A DNA stretch of 64,000 bases from a virus (taxonomy: Duplodnaviria > Heunggongvirae > Uroviricota > Caudoviricetes): positions 67 to 64,066 of the IMG/VR virus record IMGVR_UViG_3300021354_000001. One strand, written 5' to 3'. The translations under genes and the position numbers were made by a program. This document shows positions 9,647 to 18,791 of the stretch, piece by piece. The notes below the pieces were generated by a model, which had not been told where the DNA came from, made no database searches, and saw only the letters and a list, made by a program, of their open reading frames with translations. The number at the start of each line of letters is the position of its first letter. Within the stretch, counting starts at the first letter, position 1.

Positions 9647-10269
9647 ATATCTGTGCCTCCTGTAATTGTTGGTTCTTCTATAACCTTTTTACCCTCTTTA
9701 ACTAATTCAATGAATGGTTCAAAGCTTCTTTGATTTAAATAAGTTAGACTATTCTGCATATAAGTAAGTTTGTTAGTCTTCACCTTTACAGAATTCTCTT
9801 TCTTTTGTAACACTTCGTATTCTAATGCTGCTATCATTTCCTTGATAGTATATTCACCTTCAGCTAGAATACTGTTAATCTTCACCTTGCATTCATCTTT
9901 CTTAACTCTCATACTTCTAGTACCTACAAAATTCTGATTCTTGTGTGTGAATGTATCAGTGCCTGGATAGGTTTTCCACCATAATTCAAAATCTTCAACA
10001 TTTGGTTTCTTCTTAACCAATTTAGTTTCTGCTGTAATTTCCTCATCTAAGAAGCTTAATACAGCTTTACCAATCATAGTGATTTTAAAAGCTTCTGATA
10101 GCAATCCCTTTCTTCTTGCAGATTGACACAACACACTGAGCTTTTCACTCTCACATAATTGTGTTACATCTTCTCCTTCTTCTACAAGCTTTAAGAAATA
10201 CAATAAATCAAGACTATATCCAGATGATAGTATTTGTTCAAAATGGAAGAGTGTTATGTTTATTTTCAT
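9643..10269 (-). CDS. hypothetical protein
   Basis: 208 aa ORF. Confidence 0.45.
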   Translation of the reverse strand: MKINITLFHFEQILSSGYSLDLLYFLKLVEEGEDVTQLCESEKLSVLCQSARRKGLLSEAFKITMIGKAVLSFLDEEITAETKLVKKKPNVEDFELWWKTYPGTDTFTHKNQNFVGTRSMRVKKDECKVKINSILAEGEYTIKEMIAALEYEVLQKKENSVKVKTNKLTYMQNSLTYLNQRSFEPFIELVKEGKKVIEEPTITGGTDI

Positions 10270-10495
10270 GTTGTTTCTTCAATTTATCTTTATTAAGAAC
10301 AATTATCTCTGCAGGCTTTTTGTTAAATTCTCTACGTATTTTCTCATCTATTAAAGCTTCTTCCTCTAGCAAATATATGAAATCAGTGATCCATTCTCTT
10401 TCTACATCAATTTTTTTTTCTTTTTCCATTATTTTGTGAAATTTTTTGTTTAGTTTCTTCTGAATGAGAATAATTATTTTTTCTTCTAGTTTCAT
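10238..10495 (-). CDS. hypothetical protein. The true start is probably the internal Met near 10429, which would shorten the overlap with the upstream homing endonuclease gene
   Basis: 85 aa Lys/Glu-rich ORF. Confidence 0.3.
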   Translation of the reverse strand: MKLEEKIIILIQKKLNKKFHKIMEKEKKIDVEREWITDFIYLLEEEALIDEKIRREFNKKPAEIIVLNKDKLKKQHENKHNTLPF

Positions 10496-11003
10496 GCATT
10501 TTTTGTCTAGTTTCAGCAGAAATTCCTCTTTTTTTAGCTACTTCAGAATACATTTTCTTTTGTTCATCTGAATATTTTCTACCTTTTACTGCAATAGATA
10601 TTTTTTGTCTAGTTTCAAGAGATACAGTCTTTCCTTTATGTAGTTTAGACATATTTTGTTTATGTTCTTCTGTATGTTTATAACCAGAAGGACCTTCACC
10701 ACCTTGTGTTAAATTGGTAAGATTATATCCCCAAGCTTTAAATACTTCAAGATACCATTTCTCTAAAAAAATCCAAGAATCATCTTCACATTCATCAATT
10801 ATTACCATCTCAGGTTTTAAACCTTTATTTTTTAAAGACAATAACCAATTATTTTTATGAGTTCTAGTACCTTTTGAAGCTTCATTCATGTGTTGATAGT
10901 ATCTTCTATTCTTACTTTTAGTTTTACCAACATATCTAACTTGATTATCTCTAGGATCTATTAATATATATATAAATGTTTTCATGAAACAAAGATAAAA
11001 CAA
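10407..11003 (-). CDS. GIY-YIG homing endonuclease with NUMOD3-like repeats. The likely start is the MKTFIYIL Met near 10984
   Basis: FIYILIDPRDNQVRYVGKTK is a GIY-YIG motif. Four repeats of the form S/T-E-E/T-x-Q-K/N-I/M-S follow. Confidence 0.7.
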   Translation of the reverse strand: MFYLCFMKTFIYILIDPRDNQVRYVGKTKSKNRRYYQHMNEASKGTRTHKNNWLLSLKNKGLKPEMVIIDECEDDSWIFLEKWYLEVFKAWGYNLTNLTQGGEGPSGYKHTEEHKQNMSKLHKGKTVSLETRQKISIAVKGRKYSDEQKKMYSEVAKKRGISAETRQKMHETRRKNNYSHSEETKQKISQNNGKRKKN

Positions 11004-11058
11004 ATATTTGAATTAACAAAATAAATATTCTCGCTCAATATCGTAATTAATTATTGAA

Positions 11059-11233
11059 TTATTCATGCTCTTTTTCTTTTGTTTTCCAATAATAGTCACA
11101 ATCTTTCTTATCATAATCATAAGGAGGATTTCCAAAATATGATTGCCAATATGGATCAGGTTTCACTGTAAATCTATAACATGTTTCTTTCAATGGACAA
11201 TCTTGTCCTTTGCAACAACTTATATCTGGCATA
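11059..11233 (-). CDS. small Cys-rich protein of 58 aa, absent from the ORF track
   Basis: It translates to MPDISCCKGQDCPLKETCYRFTVKPDPYWQSYFGNPPYDYDKKDCDYYWKTKEKEHE. Codon usage matches the neighbouring genes. Confidence 0.3.
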
Positions 11234-11238
11234 AATTT

Positions 11239-11342
11239 TAATTTTCTTCTTTCTCATCAACATCATTGTATGGCTCATGTGTAATTATATACACAATCCA
11301 TCCTATGACTGATAGATAAATGGTTAATAATATAAATATCAT
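11239..11342 (-). CDS. small hydrophobic protein of 34 aa (MIFILLTIYLSVIGWIVYIITHEPYNDVDEKEEN), absent from the ORF track
   Basis: Its ATG overlaps the TGA of the upstream gene in an ATGA arrangement, which suggests translational coupling. Confidence 0.25.
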
Positions 11343-11848
11343 TTTGTTTCTTCTTTAGGTGTATTATTAGACTTCCAAGCACCCATTGCTCTATCACCAC
11401 TAGCTATTGCACAAGTTCTACATATTGTACTTAACCATCCTTTGGTTATCATACCAACATCTTCTCTCGTTCCACAATCTTGGCATGTGTTATCAGCTAA
11501 GTATTCTGCATAATGTATCATACCATCCACTTTTTTATCACCATTATTTTCATAGAACCTCAGTCCACCAAACTTTTCTTTCATTTGTGTGCAGGTTACT
11601 TGATCAGGATGCTTTTGTATATACCTATGAGTGGTAACATCATCTTTATTCCATTCAGATCCTTCTATGTATTCAGGATTATCAATAGAATGACTATGAT
11701 GATCTATATACTCTTGTATGGCACCACACAAGTCATCTATTATTGGTAACCAACCTTCTGGTACACCATACCAATTACATTGAAACGGATTACCTTCATA
11801 ATCAGCAAATATCTTTGGATATTTTGCTATAACATCTTCTGTTTTCAT
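11339..11848 (-). CDS. hypothetical protein with a C-terminal CxxC...CxxC zinc ribbon
   Basis: 169 aa containing CQDCG...CRTCA and the conserved-looking segment KEKFGGLRFY. Confidence 0.45.
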   Translation of the reverse strand: MKTEDVIAKYPKIFADYEGNPFQCNWYGVPEGWLPIIDDLCGAIQEYIDHHSHSIDNPEYIEGSEWNKDDVTTHRYIQKHPDQVTCTQMKEKFGGLRFYENNGDKKVDGMIHYAEYLADNTCQDCGTREDVGMITKGWLSTICRTCAIASGDRAMGAWKSNNTPKEETK

Positions 11849-11860
11849 ATATTATTTGTT

Positions 11861-12412
11861 TTATTCAGCTGCATAACCAAAAAAGATCCATTCACCATCT
11901 CTTTCATTGGTGGCTTTCTTATATGTAATTTTAGCTACTGTATTAGAACCTTTTTCTAAATACTTTTTCATTACGATTGTTGTACTAACTTGATTCTTTT
12001 CTGTATACTTACGAGCATCTATTAATGCTTCACCTTTTGTAGGCCAACCTCCAATAAAATGATCACCATGTTGTACATCATATCTAAGTACCCATTTCTT
12101 TGTACCTGATTCAACAATGTGTTCCACCTGTGTTTTAATCTTATTGTTATTACCAATAGGTTCTTTAATACATATAGCTGAACAATCTCTTTTGTTCATA
12201 GTTTCAAATCTATTGCGTATATAAGCATAAGCATCATCAAACTTACTTTTCTTATATGCTTCTGTTTCATCTCTAAATCCAGCTGTAGTGCTGATAGTAC
12301 CATTATAACCATCTTGATGACCATATTCATCTTCAGCTTCTCTACAAGCTATTCTATATGCTTCTGATGCTGTTTTACCAAATCCTCTTGTTTTAAATTG
12401 TGTTGCTCCCAT
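11861..12412 (-). CDS. hypothetical protein
   Basis: 183 aa ORF. Confidence 0.45.
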   Translation of the reverse strand: MGATQFKTRGFGKTASEAYRIACREAEDEYGHQDGYNGTISTTAGFRDETEAYKKSKFDDAYAYIRNRFETMNKRDCSAICIKEPIGNNNKIKTQVEHIVESGTKKWVLRYDVQHGDHFIGGWPTKGEALIDARKYTEKNQVSTTIVMKKYLEKGSNTVAKITYKKATNERDGEWIFFGYAAE

Positions 12413-12416
12413 AGTT

Positions 12417-12671
12417 TTAATCTTTAATCCTCAGCCCAAAACCTAAATCAAACCATTGAAAGTTTGCTTCAGCTCTTGCTTTGTTTATTTTAAATACTTT
12501 TTTTAGTAATGGAATAGCATATGCTTTAAATGCATCATGTTGTTCCTGTGTCATGGTCCATTTAGTAAACCAATCTTTGGTCATATGTGCTTCTTGAGTA
12601 GATTTACCAATCATACCTAGTTGATAATCAACTAAATGATCACCTATGTTCTCTCTGTTTATCTTTGCCAT
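12417..12671 (-). CDS. hypothetical protein
   Basis: 84 aa ORF. Confidence 0.4.
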   Translation of the reverse strand: MAKINRENIGDHLVDYQLGMIGKSTQEAHMTKDWFTKWTMTQEQHDAFKAYAIPLLKKVFKINKARAEANFQWFDLGFGLRIKD

Positions 12672-12859
12672 TAGAATGATAATATTTCAACAACGATATG
12701 ATTCCACATTAAATACTTATCATTGTCATTAATAAATTGTTTTTGCATCTCATCTGCTAGCTTTACAGTACAATCTTTAGCTATTTTCATATCACCAACA
12801 ATAGCTAAATAGTCTAATACAAGCTCTGCAGCTTTCTGTCTTTCATTTAATTTTTCCAT
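12671..12859 (-). CDS. hypothetical protein
   Basis: 62 aa ORF. Confidence 0.4.
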   Translation of the reverse strand: MEKLNERQKAAELVLDYLAIVGDMKIAKDCTVKLADEMQKQFINDNDKYLMWNHIVVEILSF

Positions 12860-13032
12860 TATACTCTTTTTTCTATGTATTTATCAAATTTTTCTATATC
12901 AAATTTATCATCAAACTTTTCAAACAATATTCTATAAGCCCAATAATAGTCTGAACGTTGGTATTCTATCCCTCTTTCTATGCAGCTGTCTATTATTATA
13001 TCAGCTGCAAATTTAAATTGTGATTTACCCAT
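12859..13032 (-). CDS. hypothetical small protein of 57 aa, absent from the ORF track
   Basis: MGKSQFKFAADIIIDSCIERGIEYQRSDYYW... Its stop overlaps the start of the downstream gene by 1 nt. Confidence 0.25.
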   Translation of the reverse strand: MGKSQFKFAADIIIDSCIERGIEYQRSDYYWAYRILFEKFDDKFDIEKFDKYIEKRV

Positions 13033-13035
13033 ATG

Positions 13036-13371
13036 TTATTTGTTATAGGTTTGGTTGTAGTATTGTTCTGTGTATTCCATTTTTGCATCTATATACTTAC
13101 GATGTAAATAGTTTATTTCATCTATAACATTATTGAGAGTGGCGTGGTCTTTAGCTAATAGGTCTATATTATTTAAGACATAAGATAGCTTATGAGATGT
13201 TGATATTAGCTCATCTTTTATTTCTAATATCTTATCTTTTTGATTTGCAAATTTTTTAGCTTCTAGCAACATATCATTTAATGCTAATTGATACCCAGAT
13301 TGAAAATCATTTAAACATTGATGTTGTTTTGATTGAATCTTTTCAATTAATTCTTGCATTGCTGTTTTCAT
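13036..13371 (-). CDS. hypothetical protein, predicted coiled-coil
   Basis: 111 aa ORF. Confidence 0.4.
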   Translation of the reverse strand: MKTAMQELIEKIQSKQHQCLNDFQSGYQLALNDMLLEAKKFANQKDKILEIKDELISTSHKLSYVLNNIDLLAKDHATLNNVIDEINYLHRKYIDAKMEYTEQYYNQTYNK

Positions 13372-13390
13372 AGGTTATTTATTTCTTGTA

Positions 13391-13618
13391 TTACTTACTC
13401 TTAACCACTTTTGTAATTCTATCTAGTAATTCTTTTAAATCATCTATATTATCAATAGCCCATTGCTCTGTCTTTAATACATAAAAACATTCACCATCAC
13501 CATCTATTCCTATTGAGGCTTCACATCTAATTTCTAATTCTTCATGTCCACCATCTACACAATTTCCTTCTTGACAAAAGATAAATAATGCTGACATTAA
13601 TTCTGGTTTATCACTCAT
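13391..13618 (-). CDS. hypothetical protein
   Basis: 75 aa acidic ORF. Confidence 0.4.
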   Translation of the reverse strand: MSDKPELMSALFIFCQEGNCVDGGHEELEIRCEASIGIDGDGECFYVLKTEQWAIDNIDDLKELLDRITKVVKSK

Positions 13619-13628
13619 AACTTATAGG

Positions 13629-13913
13629 TTATTTATTATAATTAAAATCTACTGTATACACTTTTACAGATTGTGGTTCAGGAGTTTCATAATATATGGT
13701 GCCTTCAAACTCTGAAGGGTATTTACTATTAAATGGAACATATTTAATTCTTACACCTGAATGCTTATGTTTCTCATTAGCACCCATATAATCATCTACT
13801 ATTTCTAATAGTCCTTCCCATGTGTTAGATGCCCCAATAGGTAATGAGTCTTCTGCATCACAAGCATAATATATAAACCTTAGATCTAATGCATTTTGTT
13901 GTGCTGTGTTCAT
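13629..13913 (-). CDS. hypothetical protein
   Basis: 94 aa ORF. Confidence 0.4.
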   Translation of the reverse strand: MNTAQQNALDLRFIYYACDAEDSLPIGASNTWEGLLEIVDDYMGANEKHKHSGVRIKYVPFNSKYPSEFEGTIYYETPEPQSVKVYTVDFNYNK

Positions 13914-13924
13914 AATTTGTTTGT

Positions 13925-15877
13925 TTAAAAAAGTGAAAGCTGGTTCTTGTCAATATTAATCTTTCTTTTCTTACCACCTAATTGTATCTTATCTATAATG
14001 CGTTGAGCTTTTTCTATATAATACTCATAGTTGATATTATCAAGAGGATGGTCTTTTGGTAGGAAATTGCATACATGCATTACCCACTCACCTGCTTCCA
14101 CTTGGCTAATATCAACAGCATTAGTTATACATTCAGGGTTTTTCACCTTTAATAGCTTCTCTCCTATATTAGAAACATAATAACGAATAAGCTTATTATA
14201 TATGGTCTTATTCTCTTTGCTATGTCCTTCATAATGAAAATCCTTACTAGCTTTTTGTCTTAATGCATAATCATAGATGTTAGTATGATTCCTAATAGTA
14301 GACTCAATAGGTATATTATGAACATAATATTGTTCAAGAGCCATTGGTACAATCCTGGCAGATTTGTTTTTATGTAATTCAAAATCTGTAAGGAAATCCC
14401 CTTTCTTTTTAATTTCTCCATCTGTTTTAATTGCTATATAGTCATTCACTGTGCTGAATATAATCTTCTGATAATCAGTGCGTTCTAACTCATATTGTGT
14501 TAGCGTTTGCCACCATTCATTAATCTCAAACATCTTCTCCAGCTTTTCTTTATGGATCTCAATAGTAACACCATCTGTATTTGCTGAAATGACATGTATT
14601 CCTTCCAATTCATATGCTTCAATTAACATCATTAATGATAGTTCACCTGTAATGGTAGTGAACATGGTTAGTTGTCTGTCATAAATCCAGTTTTGCATAT
14701 CACTAGACTTACCATACACAGAATTTACAGCAAGCTTAAGAGCTCCTACAATACCTTTTATTCTTTTATCTTTTTTAGCTAAAGGTTTGAGTTCTAGTCT
14801 CTTGTTAAACATTTGCTTGTATCCACTTAAGAATTCTTTTCCTAAATGTCCTGGATAGCGTCCATTGTTAATAATAATAGCAGGATAGTAACTGGATACA
14901 TCCCAATCAATGATTAAATGATCTTCATCAGCCTCAAATATCTCAGGTTTGTTTTCTGTGTGAAGACCACCCTTCATAAATGAATATACATTGTTATAAA
15001 AGCTGATAGATTCTTTGAAATCATCTTTTGTTCCAAGCTTCATCTTCCTAATCCTAGTTAAGAATTGTTGTAACTCTTTTGTTTTAAATGATACATAATC
15101 TGCTATACATTGTTTAACAGCCACTTCTTTTCTAAATAGTCCTTTCTTTGGTAAATCAGTATATGATATTTTCTTCTCCTGACAATAGAACTTCTTAATC
15201 ATCTCATCACCAATCTTGCTATCAGAATAGTTTAAACATGGTATACCAAATTCTTCTTGTATATCTAGTCTCAATCCTATTTGATCATTACCCTTGTATA
15301 AAGGATGTTCACAATCACCAATAGTCACCTTATAGAACTCATATGTAGCATAAACATCATTACGACAGTAGTTTCTAGTTATTTCTATTTCTTCTTCTGT
15401 CATATCAGTTTTGGTGTGATGAATAGGCATTTCTTCAATGTTCTCAAGATCCATTTCAAACTCTAGTCTCTTCAAGCTAACACGTCTGTTCTTATTATCA
15501 TAGTGATTCACTTTGAAAAGATCTATTTGTTTGAAGCTTAATTGTTCCTCTCTATATTCAGGAAACACATCAAAATTAGCATCATGAATTACATCAGCAG
15601 CTTTCTGTGCTATTTTAGCACATATTTCTAAATTAGATAGTTCATACCAATTGTCATTGCTTTTAATAATCCATTCAACCACCTGACTATCAAAGCGTAA
15701 GTTATTATAACCTACAAAATAATAGTCTTTATGTAGCTCAATGAACTTAATCATACCATCTAAATCATTCTGCCAATTGCTCACCATAAACTCATGATGC
15801 TCATTTGTCTGAGGATTATAAATATCAATTAGAAACAACTCTTGCATTGTTTCTATGTCATACATTAATATGTTCAT
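13925..15877 (-). CDS. family-B DNA polymerase, compact at 650 aa, with an N-terminal 3'-5' exonuclease domain
   Basis: Exo I is MYDIET, Exo II is YNNLRFD and Exo III is YCRNDVYATY. The polymerase motifs are motif A DWDVSSYYPAII, motif B KLAVNSVYGK and motif C ISANTDGV. Confidence 0.65.
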   Translation of the reverse strand: MNILMYDIETMQELFLIDIYNPQTNEHHEFMVSNWQNDLDGMIKFIELHKDYYFVGYNNLRFDSQVVEWIIKSNDNWYELSNLEICAKIAQKAADVIHDANFDVFPEYREEQLSFKQIDLFKVNHYDNKNRRVSLKRLEFEMDLENIEEMPIHHTKTDMTEEEIEITRNYCRNDVYATYEFYKVTIGDCEHPLYKGNDQIGLRLDIQEEFGIPCLNYSDSKIGDEMIKKFYCQEKKISYTDLPKKGLFRKEVAVKQCIADYVSFKTKELQQFLTRIRKMKLGTKDDFKESISFYNNVYSFMKGGLHTENKPEIFEADEDHLIIDWDVSSYYPAIIINNGRYPGHLGKEFLSGYKQMFNKRLELKPLAKKDKRIKGIVGALKLAVNSVYGKSSDMQNWIYDRQLTMFTTITGELSLMMLIEAYELEGIHVISANTDGVTIEIHKEKLEKMFEINEWWQTLTQYELERTDYQKIIFSTVNDYIAIKTDGEIKKKGDFLTDFELHKNKSARIVPMALEQYYVHNIPIESTIRNHTNIYDYALRQKASKDFHYEGHSKENKTIYNKLIRYYVSNIGEKLLKVKNPECITNAVDISQVEAGEWVMHVCNFLPKDHPLDNINYEYYIEKAQRIIDKIQLGGKKRKINIDKNQLSLF

Positions 15878-16131
15878 ATATTATATCCTTTTTTTGCTCC
15901 TTCGCAACCTTCTAATGATCCAGACACTCTATAATTTGGCTTATGTTTTAAATACCAATCAGTTGCAGTTACTATTTCACCTGTATTTAATAGATAAAAT
16001 GTTTTACCAGCAGTGCGTTGTGAAGATGTTGCAGGACCATATGATAATTTATTCACTCCATGAAGCAATGCTCTTCTAAGTCTTTGACTTGGTGTTGCAT
16101 TACCATTTCTTTTTGCTTGTGATTCTCCCAT
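15874..16131 (-). CDS. hypothetical basic protein
   Basis: 85 aa, with GC3 higher than its neighbours. It lies immediately upstream of the polymerase gene and overlaps it by 4 nt. Confidence 0.4.
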   Translation of the reverse strand: MGESQAKRNGNATPSQRLRRALLHGVNKLSYGPATSSQRTAGKTFYLLNTGEIVTATDWYLKHKPNYRVSGSLEGCEGAKKGYNI

Positions 16132-16260
16132 TTTATTTGTTTTTAAACGTTTTAAAGAATGCTTTTATACACCACCATAACATGCTCAATATATAATAGC
16201 GTTGTATTCTCTTAGGCAATCTATAGAAATTTTGGTACAATGCAAAATATTTGTTCATAA

Positions 16261-16644
16261 TTATTTTTTTATAATTGAAACATTATTGGCTTGTAATATA
16301 TATCTTCTCATTACATCACCATATGATATGGATAAATGATAAACACCATCTCTGTATTCTGTAATAGCTAATACACCTATTGATCCTTGTGTAGTGATGC
16401 AATGTGATACATATAATTTATATGCAGGCATTGTTGTATCACCCATGTTATCAATTATTCTATATGTACTATCACCTACAGCAACAAGAGGATAATTAAA
16501 TACAACAGGGATATTAACTACCACTGGTGCATTAAACTTCCAATCCTTATTAATGTATACACCATCTTCTATTTTAACAGCAGTATATTGTGCAAATGTA
16601 CTAAATGTACTAAATGTAAATAGAATAAACATTATTTTTTTCAT
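16261..16644 (-). CDS. secreted or exported small protein. A signal peptide begins at MKKIMFILFTFSTFSTFAQ, and the track's upstream extension to 16686 is probably not translated
   Basis: The start has the classic n-region, h-region and AQ-like cleavage context. The mature part of about 120 aa is rich in beta-strand-forming residues. Confidence 0.45.
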   Translation of the reverse strand: MKKIMFILFTFSTFSTFAQYTAVKIEDGVYINKDWKFNAPVVVNIPVVFNYPLVAVGDSTYRIIDNMGDTTMPAYKLYVSHCITTQGSIGVLAITEYRDGVYHLSISYGDVMRRYILQANNVSIIKK

Positions 16645-16696
16645 AAACATTGATTTAGGCATTATAATGCACATCCGAATGTGCATTTATTACTTT

Positions 16697-16960
16697 TTAT
16701 GATTTTTTACTCTTTTTAGGCAATTTATTGCCCTTTTCAGTGATGATGTTGTATTCATCTCTAAGTATACCAGCTGAAACACCAATAGCATCAGCTAATA
16801 TCTTCTGTATAATTGCTGATTCTTCTTCTTTAGTAACGATTAAATGAGCAAATGCTGCTGATAACGCTTTTGAATCACCTGCTGAATTAACACTTATTTC
16901 ATCACTATCAACACTCATAAAGAAATAACTTTGTGCTTTTACTTTTTTATTCTTTGCCAT
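16697..16960 (-). CDS. hypothetical protein
   Basis: 87 aa ORF. Confidence 0.4.
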   Translation of the reverse strand: MAKNKKVKAQSYFFMSVDSDEISVNSAGDSKALSAAFAHLIVTKEEESAIIQKILADAIGVSAGILRDEYNIITEKGNKLPKKSKKS

Positions 16961-17156
16961 CTTTAATTATTTTATATGGATGAGTTACTGTTGTTATATA
17001 TTCTTCTGTTCCTGAAGGATGTAATTGCTTCATTAAAGCAGCATTTTCATCCTGTAATTCTTGTATTTTATTCTTTAAAAGCTCTATTTGAGCCTCTTGT
17101 AATAAACAATTGGATGTATATTCCATGTTATTTCTTTTTAATATGACCATTTTCAT
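16947..17156 (-). CDS. hypothetical protein, predicted coiled-coil
   Basis: 69 aa ORF. Confidence 0.35.
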   Translation of the reverse strand: MKMVILKRNNMEYTSNCLLQEAQIELLKNKIQELQDENAALMKQLHPSGTEEYITTVTHPYKIIKDGKE

Positions 17157-17227
17157 CTAGGAATGGTGCCCTATGAAATTCATAGAGCAACTACATCCAA
17201 GAGATGAAAACAAAAAATGCAAAATAT

Positions 17228-17449
17228 TTACACATTTCTTGCTCTGATGAATTTTGATTTATTAATCTTGTACTCATCAGAAGGTGCATAGAAATATCTA
17301 TTGTTTGTAATAGATAACCTTCTTGATGCTGCTCTTAAGAACAGTTTATCAACAAAGGTGTCAACTACTTGGTCTATTTGTGCCATTGGGCTATAGACTA
17401 AAATTTCTGTTCTGGTGTAATCTTTGCTTGAATACATTAAAGTTGGCAT
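17228..17449 (-). CDS. hypothetical protein
   Basis: 73 aa ORF. Confidence 0.35.
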   Translation of the reverse strand: MPTLMYSSKDYTRTEILVYSPMAQIDQVVDTFVDKLFLRAASRRLSITNNRYFYAPSDEYKINKSKFIRARNV

Positions 17450-17466
17450 ATATATGTGTTTTTGGT

Positions 17467-17685
17467 TTATTTTAGAAAATCTATTTCTCCTGGAGTTCCT
17501 GTTAGTTTTTTATAGATTAATTGGGTTTTAGCAGCTTGTATTGCTGTTTTGTAAGCATTTAATGCTAAATCTCCTAACTTGATGTCATTTGTTTTATTGT
17601 ACTGAGTCATAACCTTATCACCCATTTCACGTGTCACATCAATAACTTCTGTAATTGTAATTGTTTTTACTGTTTTAGTTGCCAT
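17467..17685 (-). CDS. hypothetical protein
   Basis: 72 aa ORF. Confidence 0.35.
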   Translation of the reverse strand: MATKTVKTITITEVIDVTREMGDKVMTQYNKTNDIKLGDLALNAYKTAIQAAKTQLIYKKLTGTPGEIDFLK

Positions 17686-18193
17686 TTGTTTGATTTTTAA
17701 TTGTTCTTGTTAATAATAATTCTTTACGTTTTAATTCTACAAGTTCTTGTGGTATATCACTATAGGATATTTTAACCGCATGAGTTAAGAAATGTCTTTT
17801 AATATAATTATCTGTAAGATTTTCTTTGCTTCTATCTCTATATATTTGTTCTAGATAACCATATTTTTTTTGAGCTTTTTGTTTTCTAACAGCTTCTAAT
17901 TGCTTTTGATATTTAATAGGATCAGCTTTTACCCAATCGTATTTCTTTTTGTTAATCACCTTAACTTTATCAGGATTAGAAGCTCTCCACATTGATATGC
18001 GTTCAGCACCTCTTTTTTTATTTTCCTCATGTTTGGCATAATATCTTGCTAATGTTCTATTATCAATCGCTTCCTTATTTCTAATATAATAAAGAGCATT
18101 AGCACATTTGATACAATGTTTAGAACCAGGTGTTTGAAATTTAACATCTTTTAAACCTAATTTACACCTTATACATATTTTTTCATCATTCAT
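17675..18193 (-). CDS. zinc-ribbon protein, paralog A of a tandem pair
   Basis: N-terminal CxRC...CxKC. The C-terminal motif DIPQELVELKRKELLLTR is shared with the adjacent gene. Confidence 0.45.
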   Translation of the reverse strand: MNDEKICIRCKLGLKDVKFQTPGSKHCIKCANALYYIRNKEAIDNRTLARYYAKHEENKKRGAERISMWRASNPDKVKVINKKKYDWVKADPIKYQKQLEAVRKQKAQKKYGYLEQIYRDRSKENLTDNYIKRHFLTHAVKISYSDIPQELVELKRKELLLTRTIKNQTNGN

Positions 18194-18791
18194 TTTGTTT
18201 TAATTTCTTTTTATAATAATAATTACGAGAGCAACATGCATAACATTTTAATGTACCTGGACTTTCAAACTTATTACTAGGTTTAGCAATTCCACATTGT
18301 ACACATTGTTTAATATTATGATTATCAGTCTTATGTAATGATCTTTTAATAATAAGATTTTTTCTTTCTAAATCAATTAAATCTTGCGGTATATCTTCTT
18401 TTAATAGCTTTATTGGTAAATTAGCATTAAGAATATTTCTAACATAATAATCTCTAAGTTCAACAATAGCATATGAAGATCTTTTAGATTTAGCTTTTTT
18501 ACCATTTTCAGTTTTGTCATAATCAAGTTTATATTTTCTTACATGATCTTTATTAGCTTGTCTCCAATTTCTCATCCAAATTTTCTTTTTTGCTATTATA
18601 TCAGAATCATGTTTTTTGTCTTCATAGACTTTTTTATGTGTTTCTTTTCTTTTAATATGACATTCATAAAAGTTTGGTGAAGATGGTTTATAATACCACG
18701 AAGTATTACCACAATGTGGACATATTTTATCAGGAATATCTATTGTAGGCATATTATTAAAGTTTAGCAATACAGCACATTGGTGGTCCAT
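18186..18791 (-). CDS. zinc-ribbon protein, paralog B of a tandem pair
   Basis: CPHCG...C...H near the N-terminus, CVQCG...CYACC near the C-terminus, and the shared motif DIPQDLIDLERKNLIIKR. Confidence 0.45.
   Translation of the reverse strand: MDHQCAVLLNFNNMPTIDIPDKICPHCGNTSWYYKPSSPNFYECHIKRKETHKKVYEDKKHDSDIIAKKKIWMRNWRQANKDHVRKYKLDYDKTENGKKAKSKRSSYAIVELRDYYVRNILNANLPIKLLKEDIPQDLIDLERKNLIIKRSLHKTDNHNIKQCVQCGIAKPSNKFESPGTLKCYACCSRNYYYKKKLKQNE

Noticed and set aside
16667-16686. 8 bp hairpin ATGCACAT-CCGA-ATGTGCAT
   Set aside because: It is a perfect but short stem with no flanking U-run on either strand. It lies in the 5' region of the secreted-protein gene and may be regulatory, but there is not enough to call it a terminator.
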